Shown here: piece by piece, positions 42,468-51,433 of the stretch
How the letters are laid out: the number at the start of each line of letters is the position of its first letter
How positions within the stretch are numbered: the first letter of the stretch is position 1
Assembly (NCBI GenBank): GCA_902634185.1
Contig: CACPJC010000003.1
Span: 1-64,000, forward strand
Reading direction: 5' to 3'
From: an uncultured Candidatus Actinomarina sp.
GTDB taxonomy: Bacteria > Actinomycetota > Acidimicrobiia > Actinomarinales > Actinomarinaceae
Length of the DNA: 64,000 bases
Position numbers and translations under genes: made by a program
Notes under the pieces: generated by a model
Databases searched by the model: none
What the model saw: only the letters and a program-made list of their open reading frames with translations
Told to the model about the DNA's origin: nothing

Positions 42468-43262
42468 TTAGGTAGTTAATCTATCTTTGATTTCTTCCTT
42501 TTGAAAATTTTGATTTTTTAATATGATTCTTTTTACTTCTTCAGATTTTGTTGCCAGACAAACTACATCTTCTTTAATTAAATCAATTTCATTGCCTTCT
42601 AAGTCACTTATTGTTCCTCCAATCTCTTTAAGGATTGGTTCATAAGGTAACCTATCATGAGGAAATGGTGCATAGAAAACTATTGCATCAAAATCTGAAA
42701 ATCCAAGGGAAATGATATCTTTACAAAATTGTTGTTTAGTAATGTGGGTATGTAATTTAGAAAAATCAAAATTAGAAATTGATTTTTCAACATTTATATT
42801 TTTTTCTATCATTACTGAAATTTTCTTTGATGAAGAAATATCTAAAGTATGATCAAACGTCGCTCTAATTAATTTATTTTTCATTACGGCAACATAGATA
42901 TCTTGAATTGGACAGATTACAATTCCTGTGTCCAAAATAGTATTTTCGTATGAGGCAATTAAAGTCCCCCATTCTGGCCTTCTCTGAGAAAAAGCGGTTG
43001 TTCCATCAATTGGGTCTATAATCCAAACTCTTGAACTATTTCCTTTTGTAAAACCCAACTCTTCACCAAATATTGAGTCCTCTGGAAAATAATTGCTTAA
43101 AATTTCTCTTATATTCTTTTCAACTAATATATCTACATCTGTAACAATAGAACCATCATCTTTAATGCGAATATTATATGGTTTGTAAAAGCCATTGAGT
43201 GAGGTTTCATTTACCTTTTTTACTAATTCATCAACAAAATTATCAAATTTAAAACTGTACAT
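42468..43262 (-). CDS. Inositol monophosphatase family protein (HisN-like)
   Basis: K.DGSIVTDVD, IFGEE and WIIDPIDGT. The C-terminal D...EIGG motif is degenerate. Confidence 0.85.
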   Translation of the reverse strand: MYSFKFDNFVDELVKKVNETSLNGFYKPYNIRIKDDGSIVTDVDILVEKNIREILSNYFPEDSIFGEELGFTKGNSSRVWIIDPIDGTTAFSQRRPEWGTLIASYENTILDTGIVICPIQDIYVAVMKNKLIRATFDHTLDISSSKKISVMIEKNINVEKSISNFDFSKLHTHITKQQFCKDIISLGFSDFDAIVFYAPFPHDRLPYEPILKEIGGTISDLEGNEIDLIKEDVVCLATKSEEVKRIILKNQNFQKEEIKDRLTT

Positions 43263-43322
43263 AAATTAATTCTAAAGTCAAAACCAAGTGAAAAAGTAAA
43301 ATAAAGAATGCAAAAAGTAAAT

Positions 43323-44204
43323 TTATCTTAAACTTAGTATAAATCCATCCCTAATTCCTAATGGTGAGATCTTAATTCTTTCTAAACTTAAAATCTCCAA
43401 GATAACATAAATAACATATATTCCTGAATATAAAACTTCTGCTCTATATTTATTAATGTACCCCAGATTAATTAATTCATCTAAAGACATCATTTCAATT
43501 TTGTTTAAAGAATGAATAATATTTTCACGATTTAATTCATAAAGATATTCTCTATCTAGATTATTTCCATTTGTAAAAACCTGGTATAAATTTCTTGCAG
43601 AACCTCCACAAAAAATAACATTATTTTTAAAGTACGTACTTTCTAAATTGGCAAATTGTTTTTCTATAAATTTTTTTGTACTCTTTTTTTCATCTTCAAA
43701 GTAAGGAGGGCCTCCAATTATATTTCTAATATCTGACGTACCAAATTTAAAACTTTTCACATTGTAAGCATTATTATTTCTTACGGTAAATTCAGTACTT
43801 CCACCACCAATATCGATAACAAGTTTTTCAGAATCATCGATTAATCTGTGAACAGCTTTATACGAAAAGGTACCTTCTTGTTCAGGTGTTAAAATTTTGC
43901 CATAAAGATTCAATTCAGATTTTAAATCATTAAAGGCATTTAATCCATTTTCAGCTCTTCTAAAAGGACTTGTACCTAATATATTCCACTCGATAGACTG
44001 GTTAAATTTCTTATTTAAAAGATCAAGAACAGCTTTTAACTCTCTTGATAATTTTGTTATCTTCTTTTCTCTTAACAATCCATGCTTTGTAATTTCACGT
44101 CCAAGCAAAGGCCATAATTTGTCAGAAAATATTAATTCCTCATTCTCATAAATAGCAAACCTTGCTGAGTTCCCACCAATATCAATTACTCCATCAATAA
44201 TAAT
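43323..44204 (-). CDS. ppx: Ppx/GppA family exopolyphosphatase (probable non-ATG start)
   Basis: In-frame upstream motif VIDIGGNS, plus GTSPFR.A.N, EQEG, IDIGGGSTE, CGGS, RAE and GIRDG. The only candidate starts before the first motif are ATT codons at 44204, 44201 and 44198. Confidence 0.85.
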   Translation of the reverse strand: MIIDGVIDIGGNSARFAIYENEELIFSDKLWPLLGREITKHGLLREKKITKLSRELKAVLDLLNKKFNQSIEWNILGTSPFRRAENGLNAFNDLKSELNLYGKILTPEQEGTFSYKAVHRLIDDSEKLVIDIGGGSTEFTVRNNNAYNVKSFKFGTSDIRNIIGGPPYFEDEKKSTKKFIEKQFANLESTYFKNNVIFCGGSARNLYQVFTNGNNLDREYLYELNRENIIHSLNKIEMMSLDELINLGYINKYRAEVLYSGIYVIYVILEILSLERIKISPLGIRDGFILSLR

Positions 44205-44212
44205 TTATCCTT

Positions 44213-44683
44213 TTAAATTTTAAATAGCTTTGCAGATTTTAATTTTCCTTTTTTTATTTTTATCCACCAATACCCAGCTTTTGGAACCTCAAAATTTTTA
44301 ACTTCTTTTTTGCTTAATTTATTTTTATTTAAATATTTTGACAAATCGTACATTGTATCTCCATGAGTTGAAAGGATTACAGTTTTTATCTTCTGCTCAA
44401 GTGCAAACTTTAGGGAGGATTCAAACGAACCGTTTTCATTGAGTGAATCTAAAATGTTAATTGGTTGAGAAGAGTTTTGACTTAATACTCCTACTGTTTC
44501 AGTGCATCTAGTTTTAGGAGAAGAAAAAATTAATAATGGAGCAACATCTTTAAATTTTTGTCCAATTTTATTTGCTTGAAGATTTCCCTTAGCACTTAGC
44601 GGTCTTAGAGAATCGTCACCAAACCATCTTTCCCTTTTCCCGGCATGTGCGTGTCTTATAAATATTATATTTTCTAATTCCAT
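44213..44683 (-). CDS. Histidine phosphatase family protein (SixA / MutT1 C-terminal domain-like)
   Basis: RHAHAG.R..W.GDD..RPL...G..QA, SSP..RC.ETV and THGD. Confidence 0.88.
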   Translation of the reverse strand: MELENIIFIRHAHAGKRERWFGDDSLRPLSAKGNLQANKIGQKFKDVAPLLIFSSPKTRCTETVGVLSQNSSQPINILDSLNENGSFESSLKFALEQKIKTVILSTHGDTMYDLSKYLNKNKLSKKEVKNFEVPKAGYWWIKIKKGKLKSAKLFKI

Positions 44684-44684
44684 A

Positions 44685-46661
44685 TTATTTGTTTAACTTC
44701 TCTTGGATATTGTAGTTTCCATCTAATTTTTTCCATGTTCCATCATTTTTTAACGTCCATGAATACTTGTCAGACTTTATATATTTTTCTAAGAGACTAC
44801 TGAGTTTCTTTTTTATTATCGGGCTTTTTATAGGTACTAATACTTCAATTCTATGTCTTAAGTTTCTTTGCATTAAATCTGCAGACCCTATATATATTTT
44901 TTCTATATCTGATTTTCCAAATTTATATATTCTTGAGTGTTCTAAAAAAGGACCAAGTATAGAAATAACATTTATATTTTTAATTGGTATGAGACAACAA
45001 ATTCCCCTTACTATAATATTTATCTGATTACCTGCATTAGCCGCATCATATAATTTTTGTATGATTAATGGATCAGTAAGATTATTCAATTTTAAAACAA
45101 TTTTTCCTTCTTCTCCTAAATCTATTTGTTCTTCAATTAATGAGTTAATATTTTTCTCTAAAGACTCAGGGGCTACTAGCAACTCATCAAGATTTTCTCT
45201 ATCAGCATAAGCAGTTAACGAATTAAAAACTATTCCACAATCATTACCAATACTTTTATCAGATGTGAAAATGCCAATATCCTCATATCCCTTTGATGTT
45301 AAAACATTGTAATTACCTGTTCCAAAGTGCATATATGGTACTAATTCATTATTTTCTTCACGAACAACTAAAATCATTTTGGTATGAGCTTTATATCTTG
45401 GATCTCCATACGTAACATGAACACCTGATTCTTCTAAGTATTCAGCATTCGAGATGTTTTGCTCTTCATCGAACCGTGCTCTCAATTCAACTAAAACAGC
45501 AACTTGTTTACCTCCTCTCGCTGCACTTGCTAATAGGGATGTTATCTTATCGTTTTCAGCAGTTAAACCAGTTCTATATTGTGTCATTTTTATGGCACGT
45601 ACATATGGATCAAAACATGCTTTTTCTAAAAATCGCAAAACTGTTTTCTCAAATGAATCATAAGGATGATGTACCATCACATCATTATTTTTAATAATTT
45701 CAAACATATCATTGCTAAATTCAAATTCAGTCTCATGTAATTTCCAACTTGTAGAAAATTCGATATGGTCTATCAAAGAATTAATTTGAAATCTAGTAAG
45801 TGGGTCCTTTAATTCTACTTGAAGGTCATAATCTATTTCTAAATTATTTTTTAAGTATTTTTGAGTTGTTACTGAAACTCCCTCTTGGATTTCTAATCTT
45901 ACAATTTTTCCTAATTTTCTATTTTCTAATCCCTCTTTTACAACTTCCAGAAAATTTCGCTTTAAACTTGCTCTAAATTCTAAATCTGCATCACGAGTTG
46001 TTCTAAACCAAAACTTTTCAATAACTGTGTGTGGAAAAAACAGTTTATCAATATAGTGAAGAACCAATTCATGTATCCATACAAGTTGTTCCTTATTTAA
46101 ATTTAAAAATGAACCTAAACTTGCTGGGATTTTTATACGTATAAATTGATTATCTTCAAATTCGTTTTTGATGACTACGCCGATAGACAATGATAAATCA
46201 GAAATGTATGGAAATGGATGTGTAGGGTCTGCAGCCAAGGGAGTAAGGAGGGGTTTTATATTGTTATCAAAATAATCTTCTAAGATATCAAGCTCAGATT
46301 CAGTGAGGTCTTTCATCCTCTTAAAATTTACACCATGCTTTTCTAGATCTTTTACAAAATATTCTTTCCAAACTGTGTTTCTATTTATCATCTCCTTTTT
46401 AGCTTCTTCAAGAATATCTTTAAAATATACAAATGTTTCTTTCGAAATTGAAACATCCAGCTTTTGATTAATAGTCTCGTAAACTTTTTCAAGCAATCCA
46501 GAAATTCGAATCTGAAAAAACTCATCTAAATTAGAATGTGTTATACCGAATAAAAATAAACGATCCTTGAAAGGAACACTGCTATCTTTTGATAAAGTTA
46601 ATACTCTTTTGTTGAACTCTAACCAGGATGATTCACGATCAAGAAGATCTATATCTGTCAT
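44685..46661 (-). CDS. ppk1: Polyphosphate kinase 1
   Basis: RESSWLEFN.RVL, SNLDEFF.IR, HPFP, HHPYDSF, ELRARFDE, KAHTK, GTGNYN, FLEHSR and SADLM.RNL. Confidence 0.96.
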   Translation of the reverse strand: MTDIDLLDRESSWLEFNKRVLTLSKDSSVPFKDRLFLFGITHSNLDEFFQIRISGLLEKVYETINQKLDVSISKETFVYFKDILEEAKKEMINRNTVWKEYFVKDLEKHGVNFKRMKDLTESELDILEDYFDNNIKPLLTPLAADPTHPFPYISDLSLSIGVVIKNEFEDNQFIRIKIPASLGSFLNLNKEQLVWIHELVLHYIDKLFFPHTVIEKFWFRTTRDADLEFRASLKRNFLEVVKEGLENRKLGKIVRLEIQEGVSVTTQKYLKNNLEIDYDLQVELKDPLTRFQINSLIDHIEFSTSWKLHETEFEFSNDMFEIIKNNDVMVHHPYDSFEKTVLRFLEKACFDPYVRAIKMTQYRTGLTAENDKITSLLASAARGGKQVAVLVELRARFDEEQNISNAEYLEESGVHVTYGDPRYKAHTKMILVVREENNELVPYMHFGTGNYNVLTSKGYEDIGIFTSDKSIGNDCGIVFNSLTAYADRENLDELLVAPESLEKNINSLIEEQIDLGEEGKIVLKLNNLTDPLIIQKLYDAANAGNQINIIVRGICCLIPIKNINVISILGPFLEHSRIYKFGKSDIEKIYIGSADLMQRNLRHRIEVLVPIKSPIIKKKLSSLLEKYIKSDKYSWTLKNDGTWKKLDGNYNIQEKLNK

Positions 46662-47353
46662 ACATTTTGTTTAAATTTAATTGAAAAAGTAGTGCCCTCA
46701 CCTAGCAAACTGTCTAGTTCAATTGTCCCGTTATTCCTATCAACTGCATGTTTTACTATTGAAAGACCGATTCCTGTTCCACCTAAGTTTCTAGACCTGC
46801 CTTTATCAATTCTATAGAATCGTTCAAAGATTCTTTCTTGATCTTGTTGAGAGATTCCCTTACCTTTATCTATTACTTTGAATAAAACATCTTCATCATC
46901 CTTCTTCAAATGAACTTCAATAGGAGTGTCTGGGTCAGAATAAGTAACTGCGTTACGTAATATATTTCGAACGATTAATGCAAAATCTTCTTGGTCAACA
47001 TTTATATGAATATTTTCAATGTTTGCATTAAGTCTGGCTTGATCGTTTTCTTTTAAGTATGAAATTTCCATATTTACTATATTTTCAAGATCAGCAATTT
47101 CTAAATTTGGTTCATTTTGCTCAATTTTAGATAAATCAAGTAAATCACTGATAAGGAGTGACATTCGTTCACTGTTTCTAAGAATTTGTTTAATAAACTT
47201 TAATCCATCCTCTGTATTTCCATCATTTATAGCATTTAATGCTGTCTCTGCTGCTAGTTGGATAGACGTTATCGGAGTTTTCAACTCATGAGATGCATTT
47301 GCAACAAAATCTTCTCTTATTTTTTCAATATTTTGTTCTTGATTTTCATTCAT
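46658..47353 (-). CDS. SenX3/PhoR-like histidine kinase, HisKA plus HATPase only
   Basis: DFVANASHELKTP, N box NILRNA, D.G.GI, IFERFYR.DKGRSR..GGTGIGLSIVKH. No TM or PAS segment. Confidence 0.9.
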   Translation of the reverse strand: MNENQEQNIEKIREDFVANASHELKTPITSIQLAAETALNAINDGNTEDGLKFIKQILRNSERMSLLISDLLDLSKIEQNEPNLEIADLENIVNMEISYLKENDQARLNANIENIHINVDQEDFALIVRNILRNAVTYSDPDTPIEVHLKKDDEDVLFKVIDKGKGISQQDQERIFERFYRIDKGRSRNLGGTGIGLSIVKHAVDRNNGTIELDSLLGEGTTFSIKFKQNV

Positions 47354-48038
47354 CTTCTACAAGTTTATATCCTACTCCTCTAACAGTTATTAATTTTTTA
47401 GGATCTTTTGGATTTTTCTCAATTTTTTCGCGAATTCTTTGTATATGTACATCAAGTGTTTTTGAATTACCTATAAACGTATATCCCCATATTTCATCAA
47501 ATATTTGTTCTCTAGACATTAAATTACCTTTATTCTCACAGAGAGCATAAAGAAGTTCAAATTCTCGAGGTCTCAAATTAATTTGTTTATCATTAACTTT
47601 TGCTTCATATTTACCAATGTCTATCTCAATATTTCCAACTTTTATTGCCTGTGATGATTTTTCATTCTTAGACATATCTGTCCTTCGTAGCACTGCCCTG
47701 ACTCTGCTTAATAATTCTCTTACAGAAAATGGCTTTATAACATAATCGTCAGCACCGATTTCAAGTCCAGCAACTCTATCAGCTTCACTATCTTTAGCAG
47801 TAACCATAATTATTGGTATATCTGATGTTTTACGAATCGATCTACATATATCTAAACCAGAAATTTCTGGAAGCATCAAATCAAGAATAATTAAACTAAA
47901 CTCTTCTTCCTGGAATAGCTCTAACGCAATAGGTCCTTCATCAACATGAGTTACAGAAAAACCCTCTTGTTTTAAGTTGTATGATATTGAGTCAGCAATA
48001 CTATGCTCATCCTCTACTAAAAGGACTTTTTGCTTCAT
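47346..48038 (-). CDS. OmpR/PhoB-family response regulator (RegX3-like)
   Basis: LVEDE, LDLMLP, TAKDSEAD...GLEIGADDYV.KPFS and winged helix KTLDVHI.R...TVRGVGY. Located in the pst operon. Confidence 0.93.
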   Translation of the reverse strand: MKQKVLLVEDEHSIADSISYNLKQEGFSVTHVDEGPIALELFQEEEFSLIILDLMLPEISGLDICRSIRKTSDIPIIMVTAKDSEADRVAGLEIGADDYVIKPFSVRELLSRVRAVLRRTDMSKNEKSSQAIKVGNIEIDIGKYEAKVNDKQINLRPREFELLYALCENKGNLMSREQIFDEIWGYTFIGNSKTLDVHIQRIREKIEKNPKDPKKLITVRGVGYKLVEDE

Positions 48039-48679
48039 TAAAATTCTTTAAACTCTCCGGTAACCAAAAAGTGTGTGAGCTCACAAATATCAACTGCATG
48101 ATCTCCACCCCTTTCTAGTGTTCGCATACAGGTAACAAGTCTAAATAATCCATTATACAAATCTTCATTGCCAGCAATTTTTGGGGCTTCTTCTAGCATT
48201 GAGTTGTATAATCTATTTACTTGACTATCTTTTTCTGACGTTACTAGAGCTAAGTCTTTATCTCTGGTTTTTAAGCTTTCCATAGCTGATGATGCCATGT
48301 CAATTACTATATCTCCCATTTCAACAACTGTTGCATGGATAGACTCTGGTACAGGTGAATCAAAAATCTCTTTCGTCGTTTTTCCAAGATAGACAGCTAA
48401 ATCACCAAGACGCTCTAAATGTAAACTGGCTTGTAAAATAGATGTAGAAAGTCTTAAGTCAGTGGCAACAAGTTGCTCAGTGGCCATAAGTTCAATCCAG
48501 TCCTCATCAATCTTTAGGTAAGATTTATCAATTTCATCATCTTTTTCTATTGTTTCTATAGCTCTATTGACATCTTTATCCTCTAAAGCTCTTACGCCAT
48601 CTACTAAAGAATCTAGTACAAGTCTTGCCATTAAATGTAAATCTGTCTCAAGATTGTCAATCTTGTCTTGTAAACTCAT
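48038..48679 (-). CDS. phoU: Phosphate signalling protein PhoU
   Basis: DDEID, A.DLR, LERLGDL and LERGGDHA. Follows pstB. Confidence 0.93.
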   Translation of the reverse strand: MSLQDKIDNLETDLHLMARLVLDSLVDGVRALEDKDVNRAIETIEKDDEIDKSYLKIDEDWIELMATEQLVATDLRLSTSILQASLHLERLGDLAVYLGKTTKEIFDSPVPESIHATVVEMGDIVIDMASSAMESLKTRDKDLALVTSEKDSQVNRLYNSMLEEAPKIAGNEDLYNGLFRLVTCMRTLERGGDHAVDICELTHFLVTGEFKEF

Positions 48680-49491
48680 CCAAACCTTCCAGATATATAT
48701 TGTTCAGTTAATTCCTCATCAGGATTTGTAAACATGGTATTCGTTTCATTGAACTCAACTAATTCTCCAGTTCTTCTTTTGCCATCATCGGAGGTTTTAG
48801 TTGTAAAAAATGCACAATAATCAGAGGCTCTTGAGGCTTGCTGCATATTGTGCGTAACAATAAGAATTGAAAACTCTTTCACTAACTCTTGCATAAGGTC
48901 TTCTATTTTTTTTGTTGCTACAGGGTCTAATGCAGAGCAAGGCTCGTCCATTAAAATTGTATCTGGCTCAACTGCAATTGTTCTAGCAATACACAATCTT
49001 TGTTGCTGACCACCTGATAGCTCTAATGCATTTTTGTTTAAATCATCTTTTACTTCATCCCATAACGCTGCTTGAGTTAATGCCCTCTCTACTCTTTCAT
49101 CCATATTGTCAGTCATGTTGTTGACTTTAAGCCCAAAGGTAATATTTTCTTTGATAGTTTTTGGGAAAGGATTTGGTTTTTGAAAAACCATTCCGATTCT
49201 TCTTCTCACTTGCACTGGATCAACCATTTTGTCGTATAAATCAACACCTTGATAATTTATTGTTCCATTAACTTTTGCACCCAATATAAGATCATTCATT
49301 CTATTAAATGTTCTTATCAAAGTACTCTTTCCACAACCAGATGGGCCAATAAAAGCTGTAATTTTATTTTTAGAGATATCCATATTTACATTTTTGATAG
49401 CTACGAATTCTCCGTAGCTTACGGAGACATCTTTTACATTGAATACATTTTCATTGTTTACTTGAACTGTTTCTTTAGTTTCCATTCTCAT
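48676..49491 (-). CDS. pstB: Phosphate ABC transporter ATP-binding protein
   Basis: [39 protein letters not shown] and VTHNMQQA. Confidence 0.97.
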   Translation of the reverse strand: MRMETKETVQVNNENVFNVKDVSVSYGEFVAIKNVNMDISKNKITAFIGPSGCGKSTLIRTFNRMNDLILGAKVNGTINYQGVDLYDKMVDPVQVRRRIGMVFQKPNPFPKTIKENITFGLKVNNMTDNMDERVERALTQAALWDEVKDDLNKNALELSGGQQQRLCIARTIAVEPDTILMDEPCSALDPVATKKIEDLMQELVKEFSILIVTHNMQQASRASDYCAFFTTKTSDDGKRRTGELVEFNETNTMFTNPDEELTEQYISGRFG

Positions 49492-49509
49492 TCTCCTTTA
49501 TGATTTTCA

Positions 49510-50457
49510 CTAAAAATCTTTCTCATATCTGTTTCTTATAAATATTGCTATTGAATTCATTAATAATAATAAACCTAGAAGTAAAATGATTCCAGCGGAA
49601 GCTGTCTCCTTCCACTCAGCTTGAGGATAACCAACCCAGTTATAAACTTGAATTGGAATAGCGGTAAACCCACTTAAAGGAGTGTCTGGAAAATAATTAA
49701 CATAAGTCAATGCACCCATAAAAATTAATGGTGCGGTCTCTCCAATTGCTCTTGAGAGCCCAAGGACCATTCCAGTAACCATTCCTGGTATTGCAGAGGG
49801 AACAACCTGCCTAAAAACTGCTTGAAATTTAGTGGAACCTAGCGCCAATGCACCCTGGCGTATTGTATCTGGAACAGCTTTAAGAGCCTCCCTAGATGCT
49901 ACGATTACAACTGGAAGAATTAATAACGTTAATGTTAAACCTCCTGAAAGTACTGACCTTCCAAATCCAGCTAAACGAACAAAAACAGCTAATCCTAGTA
50001 AACCATAAATAACTGATGGAACTCCAGCCAAGTTTGTTAGATTTAATTCAATAAATCTTGTAAGCCTATTTTTTGGAGCAAATTCTTGAAGATATATTGC
50101 TGCTCCTGCACCAAAAGGAAATGTTGCAGAAATAACTATTATCATTAACCATAATGTTCCAGCAAAAGCAGGTCCAATACCAGCTCTATCTGGATATCTT
50201 GAGTCTAAAGTTGTTAAAAAATCTCTCGGGTTATCAATTTGTATTTTTGTAATGAGGCCAACCTCGTAGTCTGATGTCAATCTTGTAGTCCCAGTAGAAA
50301 GAACATCATAGATTAAGGTCATCAAAGTTAAAATAGCAATCGTTACACAAATATAAAGAGTGAACAGAAACAAACTCTCCTTTATTGCATTTTCAGCTTT
50401 CTTGCCGGTTATAATTGTTTCGTTACTCATATTCTTTTCTGTACTTTCTAGCGACAT
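49510..50457 (-). CDS. pstA: Phosphate ABC transporter permease PstA
   Basis: AAIYL.EF, NLAGVPS.IYGL, EAL.AVP and RAIGETAPL. Confidence 0.95.
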   Translation of the reverse strand: MSLESTEKNMSNETIITGKKAENAIKESLFLFTLYICVTIAILTLMTLIYDVLSTGTTRLTSDYEVGLITKIQIDNPRDFLTTLDSRYPDRAGIGPAFAGTLWLMIIVISATFPFGAGAAIYLQEFAPKNRLTRFIELNLTNLAGVPSVIYGLLGLAVFVRLAGFGRSVLSGGLTLTLLILPVVIVASREALKAVPDTIRQGALALGSTKFQAVFRQVVPSAIPGMVTGMVLGLSRAIGETAPLIFMGALTYVNYFPDTPLSGFTAIPIQVYNWVGYPQAEWKETASAGIILLLGLLLLMNSIAIFIRNRYEKDF

Positions 50458-51340
50458 AATCAGAAGCTATATTCAAAATAAAAGTCATAATAAATAAAGT
50501 TATTCCAAGTGCGAATAAAGCATTATAAGCAGTGGTGCCATGAGGTGTATCACCAAGGGATACGTTTACTATTGAGGAAGTGATCGTATACATTGCACTC
50601 CTAGGATCTAAATTTAATTCAGGATACTGCCCACCTGCAATAGTCACAATCATTGTTTCACCTATGGCTCTTGAAAAACCTAATATAAATGAAGCAATAA
50701 TTCCAGATATTGCTGCAGGGAACATAATTTTAAGTGCTGTGATCCTCCTGGTAGAGCCAAGAGCTAAGGATCCATTCCTTAGAGAGTTTGGTACTGCATT
50801 AAGGGCATCATCAGAGATTGATGCAATTGTAGGTATTATCATTATTCCTACTGCAATACCTGCGGACAGAGCATTGAATACACCGGTACCTGGAATAAAT
50901 CTTTGAATTATATTTGGCGTAATCCAGTTAAGTGCAAAATAACCAAATACCACTGTAGGAACTCCAGCCAAAACTTCTAAAACTGGTTTGATAACTTTTC
51001 TTGTTCTTTTTGTGGCAAACTCAGATAGGTAAATTGCAGAAAACAAACCTAATGGAAAAGAAATAAGACACGCAATAACCGCAATATAAAGAGTTGAAGA
51101 GATTAAAACAATAACACCGTACTCAGGATTTTGAAACGTAGGTGTCCACCTAGTTGCAGTAAAATAGCCCTTTAAAGTTACAGCTGGATCTTGAAAAAAG
51201 TTAATGGCTTCAGTTAGTAAGGTAAAAACAATTGAAATTGATATTAGTATTGCTGCAAAAGCAGAGACAGTTATAAAAAATTTTACTACTTTTTCAAAAG
51301 GTTTTATTGAGGTTTGAGATAATTCAGATAGTAGACTCAT
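50423..51340 (-). CDS. pstC: Phosphate ABC transporter permease PstC
   Basis: AIYLSEF, KPVLE.LAGVPTVVFG and SRAIGETM. Confidence 0.95.
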   Translation of the reverse strand: MSLLSELSQTSIKPFEKVVKFFITVSAFAAILISISIVFTLLTEAINFFQDPAVTLKGYFTATRWTPTFQNPEYGVIVLISSTLYIAVIACLISFPLGLFSAIYLSEFATKRTRKVIKPVLEVLAGVPTVVFGYFALNWITPNIIQRFIPGTGVFNALSAGIAVGIMIIPTIASISDDALNAVPNSLRNGSLALGSTRRITALKIMFPAAISGIIASFILGFSRAIGETMIVTIAGGQYPELNLDPRSAMYTITSSIVNVSLGDTPHGTTAYNALFALGITLFIMTFILNIASDYVARKYRKEYE

Positions 51341-51383
51341 ATTTTGCTTTTTATTCTTTCTTTAACTTCTTCTTTAATTGTAG

Positions 51384-51412
51384 TTTGTGAGGGCCAATTA
51401 GGCCCTCACAAA
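51384..51412. terminator. Stem-loop between pstS and pstC (terminator or mRNA stabiliser)
   Basis: Perfect 12-bp stem TTTGTGAGGGCC-AATTA-GGCCCTCACAAA. Confidence 0.7.
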
Positions 51413-51433
51413 TTTACAAATAATTGAGGAGTT

